A stretch of 64,000 nucleotides of DNA from Spirochaetia bacterium (GTDB taxonomy: Bacteria > Spirochaetota > Spirochaetia > CADAEX01). The notes under the pieces are model-generated. The model made no database searches and was not told where the DNA came from. It saw nothing but the letters and a program-made list of their open reading frames with translations. Each line of letters opens with the position of its first letter. Position 1 is the first letter of the stretch. Position numbers and translations under genes: made by a program. Of this stretch, positions 37,907 through 48,839 are shown one piece after another. The stretch lies in NCBI GenBank assembly GCA_045606105.1, contig JAZURI010000011.1, forward strand, positions 1-64,000. Direction: 5' to 3'.

Positions 37907-39913
37907 TTATTTAAGAAGACCGCCGATTGAAACAAACAGTGGAGCAAATACAACAGCAATGATTGTCATAAGCTTGATAAGGATGTTGATTGATGGTCCG
38001 GATGTATCCTTGAACGGGTCACCTACTGTATCACCAACAACTGCTGACTTATGAGTTTCTGAACCTTTACCGCCGTAAACGCCGCTTTCAATATATTTCT
38101 TTGCATTGTCCCATGCACCGCCGGCATTTGACATCATGATAGCAAGAAGAACACCTGCAGCAAGAGATCCGGCCAGCATACCGCCGAGAGCAGCAGGTCC
38201 GAGAATGATACCTACAGCAAGAGGAGCAACGATTGCCATAACACCAGGCATAACCATTTCCTTGAGAGCAGCACCTGTGGAGATGTCTACACATCTTGCA
38301 TAGTCAGGCTTTGTCTTTCCTTCCATGATTCCCTTTGTCTCTCTGAACTGGCGTCTTACTTCCTCAATCATCTGGTTTGCAGCTCTACCAACAGAGTTCA
38401 TTGTCATTGCAGAGAAAAGGAACGGAAGCATTGCACCGATGAAGAGACCGATGATAACAACCGGCTCAAGGAGTGAAATTGCATCCAGCTTTGTAACTGC
38501 TGCATATGAAGCGAAAAGTGCAAGAGCTGTAAGGGCAGCTGAACCGATTGCAAAACCTTTTCCGATAGCTGCTGTTGTGTTACCTACAGAGTCAAGTGTG
38601 TCTGTAATCTTTCTTACGCCAGGATCAAGCTCTGACATTTCTGCGATACCGCCGGCATTGTCGGAAACAGGACCGTAAGCATCAACAGCTACTGTCATAC
38701 CTGTTGTTGAAAGCATACCTACAGCTGAAAGAGCGATTCCGTACATACCGCCGAAGTAGTATGCCACGAATACACCGATACTGATAAGGATGATAGGCCA
38801 CATTGTTGACATCATACCAACTCCGAGACCTGAGATGATTGTTGTAGCAGCACCTGTCTGTGACTGTTCCGCAATCTTCTTTACAGATGCGTAATCTGCA
38901 GATGTATACACCTCTGTGATCTTTCCGATTGAGATACCAACCAGGAGACCTGCGATGATTGACCATGCGTAGTTGAATGTTCCCAGCATGCTGTTTGAAA
39001 GGATAACTGCTGTAACGATAACGATGATACCGCTGATATATGTTCCCATGTTGAGAGCGCTTGCAGGATTCTTTCCTTCCTTGCCCTTAACGCAGAGAAT
39101 ACCGATTACTGATGCGATGATTCCCACTGCTGAAATGATGAGAGGGAAAGATGCGTATGTTTCGGCAGCAAGCGGGCTGTTTGCAGCTGCTACTGCAGAA
39201 AGTGTAATAACGGAAATGATGGAACCTACATAGGATTCGAAAAGGTCAGAACCCATACCGGCAACGTCACCTACGTTGTCACCTACGTTGTCTGCGATTA
39301 CTGCAGGGTTACGAGGGTCATCCTCAGGAATTCCTGCCTCTACCTTACCTACAAGGTCAGCACCTACGTCTGCAGCCTTTGTATAGATACCACCGCCTAC
39401 ACGGCCGAAGAGAGCCATTGATGATGCTCCGAAACCGAATCCTGTAACACACTGTGTAACTGTTGCAAGATCGATGGCAACAAGAATAATACCGATTCCG
39501 AGAAGTCCGAGACCTGAAACACAGAGACCCATAACAGCTCCTGATCTGAAAGCAACCTTGAGGGCCTTGTTCATACCGGAATCCTTGGCAGCTGCGGCTG
39601 TTCTTACGTTACCCTTTGTAGCAACGTTCATTCCGAAGAAACCTGCAAGAACGGAGAGAAGAGCACCGAAAAGATAAAGGGCTGCTGTGAGCCAGTCCAA
39701 TGCGGCACCGATAAGAATGAAGAGAACGGCAATAACAATGGCCATTGACTTATATTCTCTCTTAAGGAACGCAAATGCTCCTTCCCTGATGAATCCGGCG
39801 ATTTCCTTCATACGATCTGTGCCGGCATCTGTTGAGCCGATCCACTTTGCAAGGACAAGAGCCACGCAAAGACCGACTGCTGCAGCAATAACGGCAAAAA
39901 GTGCGAGTGTCAT
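37907..39913 (-). CDS. hppA: Membrane-bound ion-translocating pyrophosphatase (K+-dependent type, likely Na+-pumping)
   Basis: [52 protein letters not shown]. Confidence 0.96.
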   Translation of the reverse strand: MTLALFAVIAAAVGLCVALVLAKWIGSTDAGTDRMKEIAGFIREGAFAFLKREYKSMAIVIAVLFILIGAALDWLTAALYLFGALLSVLAGFFGMNVATKGNVRTAAAAKDSGMNKALKVAFRSGAVMGLCVSGLGLLGIGIILVAIDLATVTQCVTGFGFGASSMALFGRVGGGIYTKAADVGADLVGKVEAGIPEDDPRNPAVIADNVGDNVGDVAGMGSDLFESYVGSIISVITLSAVAAANSPLAAETYASFPLIISAVGIIASVIGILCVKGKEGKNPASALNMGTYISGIIVIVTAVILSNSMLGTFNYAWSIIAGLLVGISIGKITEVYTSADYASVKKIAEQSQTGAATTIISGLGVGMMSTMWPIILISIGVFVAYYFGGMYGIALSAVGMLSTTGMTVAVDAYGPVSDNAGGIAEMSELDPGVRKITDTLDSVGNTTAAIGKGFAIGSAALTALALFASYAAVTKLDAISLLEPVVIIGLFIGAMLPFLFSAMTMNSVGRAANQMIEEVRRQFRETKGIMEGKTKPDYARCVDISTGAALKEMVMPGVMAIVAPLAVGIILGPAALGGMLAGSLAAGVLLAIMMSNAGGAWDNAKKYIESGVYGGKGSETHKSAVVGDTVGDPFKDTSGPSINILIKLMTIIAVVFAPLFVSIGGLLK

Positions 39914-39988
39914 TTTAATACCTCCAATGAACTATCGTCGTACATTACCATTTTTAATAAAGAATATCAATAATATGAGAAAAAAAAC

Positions 39989-40672
39989 TTATTCGGCAGA
40001 AGAATATTCGGCCACTTTCTGCTGGATGCGCTCCATCCTGGAATCAAGCTCGGCCCCTGTGACGGCACATTCATAGAGCTCGTCAAAAATCTGATGGGCA
40101 ACCTCGTCGGGAATGTTCTTCTTGTAGCGGATCTTGTGCTCAAGACTGGCCCACCACTCCATGGAAATGGTCCTGAACTGAACCTCAACCTTCATGGGCT
40201 TCTTGTATTCCTGGAGAAAGATAGGGATTTCCACTATCAGGTGAAGACTCCGGTATCCGTTGGGCTTAGGCTTCTCGATATAGTCCTTCTTCTCGATAAG
40301 CTTGATGTCATCGTGCTTCAGAAGGGCTTCGGAAAGCATATAGATATCGGAAGGATGGGAGCAGATTACCCTTACTCCGGCAATATCGAAGATATTTTTT
40401 TCTATACTCTCCGTGCTCATGGGAAGATTCCTGCGGGTAAGCTTGTCAAAAAGGCTTTCCGGGGATTTGAGACGGGATTTTATGGATTCAATGGGATTTC
40501 TGTCATATTGAAGAGAAAGCTCTTCATTCATCACGCGGAATTTTGTTTCCACCTCCATCATAGCACATCTGTAATAAGCCATCAGCTCCTTGTACGGAAG
40601 AGTATTCTTGCTCATCCACTGCTTGATGACATTCTTTGGCATAATGGATAAAAGTACATCTTTTAGAGCCAT
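39989..40672 (-). CDS. Small alarmone synthetase (RelP/RelQ-like GTP pyrophosphokinase)
   Basis: SRLKS..S, DIAGVR, KDYI..PKPNGYRSLH, EVQFRT, WASLEHKIRYK. Confidence 0.93.
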   Translation of the reverse strand: MALKDVLLSIMPKNVIKQWMSKNTLPYKELMAYYRCAMMEVETKFRVMNEELSLQYDRNPIESIKSRLKSPESLFDKLTRRNLPMSTESIEKNIFDIAGVRVICSHPSDIYMLSEALLKHDDIKLIEKKDYIEKPKPNGYRSLHLIVEIPIFLQEYKKPMKVEVQFRTISMEWWASLEHKIRYKKNIPDEVAHQIFDELYECAVTGAELDSRMERIQQKVAEYSSAE

Positions 40673-40677
40673 ACTTT

Positions 40678-40728
40678 ATTTTACAACACAAAAACGGAAT
40701 TGACAACCTTCAATTTGTAAAATAGAGT
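40678..40728. promoter_or_regulatory. Back-to-back promoters with overlapping -35 elements
   Basis: Plus: TTGACA(40700)-17-TAGAGT-6 nt-ATG 40735. Minus: TTGTCA(40706)-17-TAAAAT-5 nt-ATG 40672. Confidence 0.7.
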
Positions 40729-40734
40729 TTAACT

Positions 40735-41160
40735 ATGAAATTCAGGATAATATTAATTATATCGTTACTGCTTCTTGCGTCAGGATGCAAAGGGAAAAAC
40801 AGCTATGAAACAGTGACCCTGCGGATAAACCAGTGGGAAATATCGGCCGAAATCGCCGACACCCTTGAAAAACAGCAGCTGGGACTCATGCACAGGAAAA
40901 CCCTTCCCGAAAACAGCGGAATGATTTTTGTCTACAGCCATGACAGCAGGAAATCCTTCTGGATGAAGAACACCTCCATCCCCCTTTCCATTGCCTACAT
41001 AGCAAAGGACGGCACCATCAAGGAAATCTATGATATGGAGCCCTTTTCAAAAAGAACCACGGATTCTAAATTTTCGGTGAGATATGCCCTGGAGGTAAAC
41101 AAGGGAGCATTTGAAAAGCACGGGATCAAGCCGGGAGACAAGGTGGAATTTCTCCCCTGA
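40735..41160 (+). CDS. DUF192 family lipoprotein
   Basis: Lipobox ASGC; EIADT...GLMHR, GMIFVY, FWMKNTSIPLSIAYI, YALEVN. Confidence 0.92.
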   Translation: MKFRIILIISLLLLASGCKGKNSYETVTLRINQWEISAEIADTLEKQQLGLMHRKTLPENSGMIFVYSHDSRKSFWMKNTSIPLSIAYIAKDGTIKEIYDMEPFSKRTTDSKFSVRYALEVNKGAFEKHGIKPGDKVEFLP

Positions 41161-41162
41161 AG

Positions 41163-41393
41163 CTACTCCTCAAGCTCGGGAAAAAGCTCAAGAACCGGTT
41201 TTTCCTCCGGTGTATCAGGCCTGTTCCTGAGGATTTCAATCTTTCTTTCAACCCTGGCCAGCTCCTTTTCCAGTGCAGAAGCAAGCTTTATCCCTTCCTC
41301 GAAATATTTCATGGCAGTTTCCAGAGGGAGATTTCCATCCTTCATTTTTTCATTGAGCACTTCCAGTCTTTCTATCTTTTCTTCAAAACTCAT
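41163..41393 (-). CDS. xseB: Exodeoxyribonuclease VII small subunit
   Basis: SFEEKIERLE...LPLETAMKYFEEGIKL; follows xseA. Confidence 0.93.
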   Translation of the reverse strand: MSFEEKIERLEVLNEKMKDGNLPLETAMKYFEEGIKLASALEKELARVERKIEILRNRPDTPEEKPVLELFPELEE

Positions 41394-42529
41394 AAATTTC
41401 CCCCTTTGACGATTGCTTCGGTTACTCCGTCGGCAAAATGGATGACAAGCTCGTCACCGGCAGCGGAGAGAGCCGAGGATACGGCCTGCTTCCCTTTGGT
41501 CCTGTTGTAAACTGCGGCATACCCCTTCTTCAGTATGGCTTCCGGAGAGGAGGCCCTGAATTCACCGGACAGAAGCTGAAAACGGTGCTTTCTGGCAGTT
41601 ACTACATCCTTTACGGTACGGAGATTGTCCTCCCTGGCATTATCCAGTCTCATGGCACAGTTATCAAAGATCCTGGTAAAATTCCTTTCAAGCTCGGCCC
41701 CGGCGGTGCGGATCCTTTCAAGAAGGCTGCCCGTTTCCCGGGAGACTATTTCCGCCGCTGCCGACGGGGTCGGGGCCCTGAGGTCGGCTGCAAAATCGCT
41801 GAGAACCACATCTATCTCATGCCCTACCGCAGATATCACCGGAATTTCCGATGCAGCCACCGCCCGTACCACCTCCTCGTCCGAAAAAGGGAGAAGATCC
41901 TCGGGAGCCCCTCCCCCTCTTGTAACAAGAAGGACATCGCACAGACGGAACATGTTGGCTCTCCTTATCTGGGATGCAATGAGGGCTGCCGCCTCATCCC
42001 CCTGTACGGGAGCGGGCAGGACCACGATATCTATCGTATTGTTCCTTCTCTTGAGAACCCTGAATATATCCTTGATGGCAGCTCCCGAGGGAGATGTCAC
42101 CAGTCCGATTTTCTTAGGATAGGGAGGAATGGCCTTCTTACGGGCAGAATCAAAGAGTCCCTCTGCCGCCAGCCGCTGCTTTCTTTTTTCCAGTTCTGCA
42201 AGGATATCCCCCTCACCCGATTTTTCAACCCGGCTGCAGACTATCTGATACGAGCCTGACCTGGCATAGACATTGACATTTCCGGTAACCTTTACAAGAT
42301 CCCCGTCCCTGGGAATATAGCCGATGCTGCCGAGTGAACGGTTGAAGATAACCCCTGAAATGGAGGCTGAACTGTCCTTGAGTGTAAAATAGTAGTGGCC
42401 GGTGCTGGAAATCTTGAAGTTGGAGATCTCTCCTTCAATGCTTACCGCAAAGAATTCCCCCTCCAGAAGTTCCTTTATGAGAGCGGTGATCTCCGAAACC
42501 TTGTAGCTTCTCCCCTTTACCGGAGTCAT
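41390..42529 (-). CDS. xseA: Exodeoxyribonuclease VII large subunit
   Basis: GEISNF, GHYYFTLKD, VTSPSGAAIKD, RGGG, SAVGHEID, APTPSAAAE. Confidence 0.95.
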   Translation of the reverse strand: MTPVKGRSYKVSEITALIKELLEGEFFAVSIEGEISNFKISSTGHYYFTLKDSSASISGVIFNRSLGSIGYIPRDGDLVKVTGNVNVYARSGSYQIVCSRVEKSGEGDILAELEKRKQRLAAEGLFDSARKKAIPPYPKKIGLVTSPSGAAIKDIFRVLKRRNNTIDIVVLPAPVQGDEAAALIASQIRRANMFRLCDVLLVTRGGGAPEDLLPFSDEEVVRAVAASEIPVISAVGHEIDVVLSDFAADLRAPTPSAAAEIVSRETGSLLERIRTAGAELERNFTRIFDNCAMRLDNAREDNLRTVKDVVTARKHRFQLLSGEFRASSPEAILKKGYAAVYNRTKGKQAVSSALSAAGDELVIHFADGVTEAIVKGGNL

Positions 42530-43476
42530 GGCCTGAAATCTCCGGCCGCCTGGGTACCGTAGGCACTTTCAGCCTTGAGAACAGCATCGTTTATGGCTTT
42601 CGCCACCACATAGGCTGCCAGATCTCCCAGTGCATCCTGATTCACATCAACCTCTCCCTTTGAAAGGAAAAAGAGGGTATCTCCGTCGCAGGAGGTATGA
42701 ACAGGTCTGATGGCCCTGGCAAATCCGTCGTGTCCCATTTCCGCCAGCTTGTTGCACTGAGGCTTGCTGAGCTTTGCATTGGTTATGACACAACCTATGG
42801 TAGTATTGCCTGTAAATACATTCTTTTTCTTGTCGATGGTATCCCACATCACCTGACTTGTAAGACCGGTCTTAAGTCCGGCAAGCTTCTTTCCGGTATC
42901 GATGTCGAATATATCCCCGAGAGCATTGCACACGACAACAGCTCCCACCTTCAGGTCGCCCACCTGTACGGCATAAGTTCCCAGTCCCCCCTTCATGAGA
43001 TGCTGAAAACCGAGATATTTTCCTACAGTGGCCCCGGTACCGCCGCCGTGGTTTCCGGTTCTGAAAAGAGTGATATCTTCTGAATTGCGGGCTGCTTCGT
43101 AGCCCATTTCCCTGTCGGGACGGCAGTTGAAGTCGGCTATACAGAGGTCGTAGACACAGGCTCCGGGAACAATGGGAACAACACCAAGCCCCACATTGAA
43201 GCCTATTCCCCGTTCCTCCAGATACTTCATGACACCGCTGCAGGAATCGAGTCCGTAGGCACTTCCCCCCGAAAGGACAAGACCGTAAACCTCGTTACAC
43301 ATCTTTTCAGACTTGAGAAGCTCTGTTTCCCGTCCTGCAGGACCTCCGCCCTGGACGCTGACACCTCCCACAGCCCCTTTTTCACAGATAATGACGGTAC
43401 AGCCTGTACCGCCCTGAGTATTCTCGGCATTGCCGATCCTGAAATTTTCTATATCGATAAAATTTATCTCTTTCAT
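42526..43476 (-). CDS. P1/S58 family peptidase (DmpA/BapA-like aminopeptidase)
   Basis: TGCTV, GGGPAGRETELL, LSGGSAYGL, NTTIG autoproteolysis site, DGDTLF. Confidence 0.9.
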   Translation of the reverse strand: MKEINFIDIENFRIGNAENTQGGTGCTVIICEKGAVGGVSVQGGGPAGRETELLKSEKMCNEVYGLVLSGGSAYGLDSCSGVMKYLEERGIGFNVGLGVVPIVPGACVYDLCIADFNCRPDREMGYEAARNSEDITLFRTGNHGGGTGATVGKYLGFQHLMKGGLGTYAVQVGDLKVGAVVVCNALGDIFDIDTGKKLAGLKTGLTSQVMWDTIDKKKNVFTGNTTIGCVITNAKLSKPQCNKLAEMGHDGFARAIRPVHTSCDGDTLFFLSKGEVDVNQDALGDLAAYVVAKAINDAVLKAESAYGTQAAGDFRP

Positions 43477-43477
43477 A

Positions 43478-45079
43478 TCAGGTAATGGAACTGAGTGCTA
43501 CCACAAGAGCTCTGATAACACCGGTGATTCCCTCTCCTCCAAGAAGTCCGGAAGCAACAATGAGACCGCTGTTGCTTTCCTTGATTTTAGGTATACATCT
43601 GTCTGTGGCAAGCCTGATCATTCCGCCGATAAAAACAGTGGCAGACATGAAGAACGGCAGATAGACACCAAGACCAAGAGTCATTACAGGAATATTGAGA
43701 CAGTAAAGAGCAAATGCAGCCACAAGACCTATCATAAAGGCAGGAAGATTTGAGATACCGCCTACCATGGCTGAAACTGCTCCGGCCTGGGCTGCAGGAA
43801 ACATATCTGTTCCGAAGCTGGCACCGCCGTAAGCCTTCACTATAACCATGAGAACACCTACTGATACAAAGGCTCCCACAAGAGCTCCCACGCACTCTCC
43901 TATCCACTGGGCCTTAGGATCTGTATCCAGTAAACGGCCGGCCTTGAAGTCGTTCATGATATCGCCGCAGAGACCGCAGGCAACAGTTACCACAGCCGCA
44001 ACATAAAAAGCCTCGGTTCCTTCAATGGCTGTAATGGCCTTTACTGCCAGCAGTACTATGATTCCGAAAATTTCCATAGGGTTGATTCCGGTAAGACCTA
44101 CACATTCCGATGACATTGCGGTAGCAAGCCATACTCCGATAATGGTAAGACAGGAGGCAATAACTCCCAGACCCAGCCATTTTGTAAATACAAAAGCAAG
44201 GAAAACCAGAAGAATCGGTGCCCATCTCATCGGGATAACATCAGCTTTTCCCTGATTTTTTGAAAACATGCCGCCGAAAATCGATTTCGCCTTGGGAATG
44301 ATGCTCTTGCAGAGGATACCGATACCGGTTCCCACCATGAGGCCGATTCCCAGGGACTGCTTTATGGTCATGGCTGTATCAGAATTCCACAGCCCGGCTT
44401 TTGTACAGGCAAAAAGGATACCGAAATCGGCAAGAAGAGCTCCGATGAACCATACTGTATTGTTCTTAGGGCCGATGATATAACCTACTCCGGCCAGCAT
44501 CGGGCTTACATAGACTCCCGCCTTGGAGCCGTAGACCAGCATCTCCTTGTTGATGAGAACGGCAGGAATCTTGTGGAGAAAATCCCTGAGAAATGCAAAA
44601 AGGGAAGCAATTCCCATAGTTGTGAAAAGTACAACTGCCTTCTTCCCCCCTTCGTCCCCGGTTTCCAGGGTTTCGGCACAGGCCTGTCCCATAGGATAGG
44701 GAAGATCGGCAGTATCTATGAAATGCTTTCTTACCAGAGCTGTAAAAATAAGCCCCATGATAACACCGCCCAGGGTAAGGATGAGAACACTCAGCCAGTT
44801 TACCTCGGCATTGCTGTTGACCATCCAGATACCGGGAATGGTAAAGGCAAGTCCTCCTGCAACCATGGAACCGGCAGACATGGCGGTCTGGGTCACATTG
44901 ATTTCCTTAAGGTTTGTATTTCCCATCAGCTTGAGGCTGAACAATGAAACCAGGGTTACAAAGATGATAGGCCATGGCAGAGAGCTGAGCTTCAGTGCGA
45001 TGAACATGGAACTGGTAGTAATAATTACGGTTCCGATCACACCGATGACCAGACCTCTTGCGGTAAGTTGCTTATTCAT
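43478..45079 (-). CDS. OPT/YSL family oligopeptide transporter
   Basis: QLTARG, QTAMSAG, LPYPMG, DFKAG, FPAAQA, ASGLLGGEG. Confidence 0.9.
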   Translation of the reverse strand: MNKQLTARGLVIGVIGTVIITTSSMFIALKLSSLPWPIIFVTLVSLFSLKLMGNTNLKEINVTQTAMSAGSMVAGGLAFTIPGIWMVNSNAEVNWLSVLILTLGGVIMGLIFTALVRKHFIDTADLPYPMGQACAETLETGDEGGKKAVVLFTTMGIASLFAFLRDFLHKIPAVLINKEMLVYGSKAGVYVSPMLAGVGYIIGPKNNTVWFIGALLADFGILFACTKAGLWNSDTAMTIKQSLGIGLMVGTGIGILCKSIIPKAKSIFGGMFSKNQGKADVIPMRWAPILLVFLAFVFTKWLGLGVIASCLTIIGVWLATAMSSECVGLTGINPMEIFGIIVLLAVKAITAIEGTEAFYVAAVVTVACGLCGDIMNDFKAGRLLDTDPKAQWIGECVGALVGAFVSVGVLMVIVKAYGGASFGTDMFPAAQAGAVSAMVGGISNLPAFMIGLVAAFALYCLNIPVMTLGLGVYLPFFMSATVFIGGMIRLATDRCIPKIKESNSGLIVASGLLGGEGITGVIRALVVALSSIT

Positions 45080-45095
45080 TTTTTTCCTTCATTGT

Positions 45096-46229
45096 TTATT
45101 TGATAGACGAAAGCCTTATAGGCTCAGGATTTTCATTGTTTCCGAGATACTGGGCAAGCTCTTCCATAACAGCCTTCCCTCTGGAGCTGAGCTTTTCAGG
45201 AATAACTACCTGGATTTTTATGTAAAGATCCCCTTTTTTGCTGTCGTGATGAATGAACGGAACCCCTTCTCCCTTGAGACGGAGCATCTTTCCGTTCTGG
45301 ATTCCTGCAGGAATCTTCAGCTTGACCTTCTTGTCGTCAAGTGTATTGACGCTGATGGTACATCCCAGAGCAGCCTGAGCCACATTTATAGGTACGGCAC
45401 AATAAAGATCGTTTCCGGCCCTTTCAAAATATTCATGGGGCCTTACGTTTACAAAAACATAAAGATCACCGGCAGGACCGCCTGCAACACCTGCATCTCC
45501 CTGTCCCGGAATATTGATCTGTCTACCCGGTTCTATACCGGCAGGAATTGATACCTTTATTTTCTGAACCTTTCTGGTTACGCCGCTTCCGCCGCAATGT
45601 CTGCATGGCTTCTCGATAATGGAGCCTTCGCCTCGGCATGTGGAGCATGTGGATGCAATTGAAAAGAAACCTGAACTTCTGCGGACCTGTCCCACACCTC
45701 CGCAGGACGGACAGATCTTTCTTCCCGAACCGGAGGCGGAACCGCTTCCCTTGCATTCGGAACATGAGTTGTTCTTGTTATATGAAATTTCTGCTTTTGT
45801 ACCGTAAACCGCATCCTTGAAAGTGATATCAAGGTTGTACCTGAGATCGGCGCCTCTGTAGGCTCCGCCTGTTCCTCCGGCACTTCTGGCCCTTCTGCCG
45901 CCCCCTCCGAAACCGAAAAGGGTCTCGAAGATACTGGAATCTCCGAAAAGGTCCTCGAAGTCATGAAATGCATTAGAGTAGCCCTGGGCACCGGCGGCAC
46001 CTCCGTCTACTCCTGCAAAACCGAACTGGTCGTATGCCTGCCGTTTCTTTTCATCACTGAGAATCTCGTAGGCCTCGGTAGCTTCCTTGAACTTATCCTC
46101 GGCCTCGGGATTTCCCGCATTCTTGTCCGGATGATACTTTACGGCAAGCTTACGGTACGCTTTTTTTATTTCTTCCTTGGAAGCCCCTTTCTCGACTCCC
46201 AGAACCTCGTAATAATCACGCTTATCCAT
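45096..46229 (-). CDS. dnaJ: Chaperone DnaJ
   Basis: J-domain HPD, G/F region, four CxxCxGxG repeats. Confidence 0.98.
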   Translation of the reverse strand: MDKRDYYEVLGVEKGASKEEIKKAYRKLAVKYHPDKNAGNPEAEDKFKEATEAYEILSDEKKRQAYDQFGFAGVDGGAAGAQGYSNAFHDFEDLFGDSSIFETLFGFGGGGRRARSAGGTGGAYRGADLRYNLDITFKDAVYGTKAEISYNKNNSCSECKGSGSASGSGRKICPSCGGVGQVRRSSGFFSIASTCSTCRGEGSIIEKPCRHCGGSGVTRKVQKIKVSIPAGIEPGRQINIPGQGDAGVAGGPAGDLYVFVNVRPHEYFERAGNDLYCAVPINVAQAALGCTISVNTLDDKKVKLKIPAGIQNGKMLRLKGEGVPFIHHDSKKGDLYIKIQVVIPEKLSSRGKAVMEELAQYLGNNENPEPIRLSSIK

Positions 46230-48169
46230 TATTTTTTATCGTCATCTACCACTTCGAAATCCACATCGTCTACAGTTCCGCTTTTTGGACCTGCATTCTG
46301 TTCAGGGGTAGGACCCGCTTCCGGTCCGTTAGGTCCGGCAGCACCTGCGCCTGCTGCACCTGCAGCGTTGTTAGCGGCATACATCTGTTCTGCAAGCTTG
46401 TATGCGGCCTGTTTCAATGCTTCAATCTTAGATTTAATATCGTCGATATTATCGGTTTTTGCTGCTTCTTTCAAGTCATTGAGAGCAACTTCAATCTTTG
46501 ACCTGTCATCTGCAGAAATCTTGTCACCATATTCCTTCAGTGATTTTTCAGTCTGATAAATCATGGAATCAGCTTCGTTTCTTACTTCGATCTTGGCTCT
46601 TTCCTTCTTGTCCTCTTCGGAATGAAGTTCAGCTTCCTTCACCATCCTGTCGATTTCGTTCTCTGAAAGACCGGATGAAGATTCAATCTTGATCTTCTGT
46701 TCCTTTCCTGTTGCAAGATCCTTGGCTGAAACATGAACAATACCGTTGGCATCAATGTCGAAGGTTACTTCGATCTGAGGAATTCCTCTAGGAGCAGCCG
46801 GAATACCTACAAGGTCGAACTTTCCGAGTGTCTTGTTGTTGGCAGCCATTTCTCTTTCACCCTGAAGAACATGGATGGAAACTGCTGTCTGTCCGTCTGC
46901 GGCTGTGGAGAAAATCTGGCTCTTTCTTGTAGGAATTGTGGTGTTTCTTTCAATAAGCTTTGTGAAAACACCGCCGAGAGTCTCGATTCCGAGAGAAAGA
47001 GGGGTAACATCAAGAAGAAGAATATCCTTAACATCACCGCCGAGAATACCGCCCTGGATAGCTGCACCCATTGCAACAACCTCATCCGGGTTAACGCTCT
47101 TGTTAGGGTCCTTTCCGAAAATCTGCTTTACCATGGCCTGAACTGCAGGGATTCTGGAAGAACCTCCTACAAGAATAACCTCGTCAACCTCGGAAGCGGA
47201 AAGACCTGCATCCCTGAGAGCCTTGATACATGGCTCCTTTGTCTTGTTGATGAGATGTTCCACCATACCTTCGAATTTTGCCCTTGTAAGAGACATCTGG
47301 AGATGCTTAGGACCTGAAGCGTCTGCTGTGATGAACGGAAGATTGATTTCTGTGGACTGTGCGCTTGAAAGCTCAATCTTAGCCTTTTCTGCAGCTTCCT
47401 TGAGTCTCTGAAGTGCCATCTTGTCCTTTGAAAGATCGATTCCTGTGTCACCCTTGAATGCATCAATCATCCAGCGGATGATTTCCTGGTCAAAGTTATC
47501 TCCTCCGAGATGTGTATCTCCGTTTGTGGATTTTACTTCAAAAACGCCGTCACCCAGCTCAAGAATGGAAATATCGAATGTACCTCCGCCAAGGTCGTAA
47601 ACTGCGATTTTTTCTTCTACCTTATCTTTTCCGAAACCGTAGGCAAGTGATGCTGCTGTAGGCTCGTTTACAATTCTCTTTACTTCAAGGCCGGCAATTT
47701 TTCCCGCATCCTTGGTAGCCTGTCTCTGGGCATCGTTGAAGTAAGCAGGTACTGTGATTACAGCCTCTGTTACTGTTTCACCGAGGTAATCCTCTGCTGT
47801 TTTCTTCATTTTCTGGAGAACTGCAGCTGAGATTTCAGGTGCGGAATACTGCTTTCCTCTGATGTTCACCCTGATATCCTGACCCGGACCGGCTTCCATC
47901 TTATATGGCATGAGAGCTGCATCTGACTGCATTTCACCGAACTTGCATCCGATGAATCTCTTGATTGAATATACTGTATTTTCAGGGTTTGTAACCATCT
48001 GGTTCTTTGCAGGCTGACCTACAAGTCTTTCTCCCTTGTCTGTGAATGCCACGATAGAAGGTGTTGTTCTCTGTCCCTCAGAGTTGGAGATAACGATAGG
48101 TTCTCCCCCTTCCATTACAGATACACATGAATTTGTTGTACCAAGGTCAATTCCAATTACTCTTCCCAT
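46229..48169 (-). CDS. dnaK: Chaperone DnaK
   Basis: [36 protein letters not shown]. Confidence 0.99.
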   Translation of the reverse strand: MGRVIGIDLGTTNSCVSVMEGGEPIVISNSEGQRTTPSIVAFTDKGERLVGQPAKNQMVTNPENTVYSIKRFIGCKFGEMQSDAALMPYKMEAGPGQDIRVNIRGKQYSAPEISAAVLQKMKKTAEDYLGETVTEAVITVPAYFNDAQRQATKDAGKIAGLEVKRIVNEPTAASLAYGFGKDKVEEKIAVYDLGGGTFDISILELGDGVFEVKSTNGDTHLGGDNFDQEIIRWMIDAFKGDTGIDLSKDKMALQRLKEAAEKAKIELSSAQSTEINLPFITADASGPKHLQMSLTRAKFEGMVEHLINKTKEPCIKALRDAGLSASEVDEVILVGGSSRIPAVQAMVKQIFGKDPNKSVNPDEVVAMGAAIQGGILGGDVKDILLLDVTPLSLGIETLGGVFTKLIERNTTIPTRKSQIFSTAADGQTAVSIHVLQGEREMAANNKTLGKFDLVGIPAAPRGIPQIEVTFDIDANGIVHVSAKDLATGKEQKIKIESSSGLSENEIDRMVKEAELHSEEDKKERAKIEVRNEADSMIYQTEKSLKEYGDKISADDRSKIEVALNDLKEAAKTDNIDDIKSKIEALKQAAYKLAEQMYAANNAAGAAGAGAAGPNGPEAGPTPEQNAGPKSGTVDDVDFEVVDDDKK

Positions 48170-48203
48170 TTTATTCCTTCCTTTTCTATATTAAATAGAT
48201 TCT

Positions 48204-48752
48204 TTATTCGTTTTCTTTTTTTGCAGGCATGCTCACCTTTACCTTGGCATGTCTGATAATCCTGTCGTTGAGGATATATCCGTTCTGATAAACCTCCGCA
48301 ACAGTCGCTTCACTTACATCAGGCGATTCCGCCATCATAAGGGCTTCATGTTTTTCCGGATCGAAAGGCTCGTTCAACGGAGCAAACTTCTTCAATCCCC
48401 ATTTCTTTTCCAGCAGAGAAAGCATCTGCTTTTCAATCATCTGAACACCGTTGATTACGGTTTCGATATCCTTTGCTTCCCTGGATGAAGTTCCGGCGCG
48501 TTCGAAATCATCAAGAATTCCCACAAGGTCACTGAGAAGCGATGTATTTGCATACTTCACGGCATCTTCCTTATCCCGAAGAATCCTTTTTCTGAAATTT
48601 TCAAAATCAGCATATTTTCTGATATACTGATCCTTCATTTCATTGATTTCTGCCTCAAGCTTTCCTATCTGTTCCCTGAGAGAAGACACCTCTTCTTCCG
48701 GAGTCTGAACAGATTTAATTTCTTCATCCTGAGTTTCAGTACCCTTTTTCAC
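48204..48752 (-). CDS. grpE: Nucleotide exchange factor GrpE
   Basis: ADFENFRKR, FDPEKHEA, GY.LNDRIIRHAKVKV; GTG start. Confidence 0.95.
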   Translation of the reverse strand: MKKGTETQDEEIKSVQTPEEEVSSLREQIGKLEAEINEMKDQYIRKYADFENFRKRILRDKEDAVKYANTSLLSDLVGILDDFERAGTSSREAKDIETVINGVQMIEKQMLSLLEKKWGLKKFAPLNEPFDPEKHEALMMAESPDVSEATVAEVYQNGYILNDRIIRHAKVKVSMPAKKENE

Positions 48753-48839
48753 AATATGTCCTTAATATTTAGTGTTATTCTTTTCTTTCCTAAAATATAA
48801 TAATTTGAGTATAAAAAAGTCAATGTATGTATAAATTTT

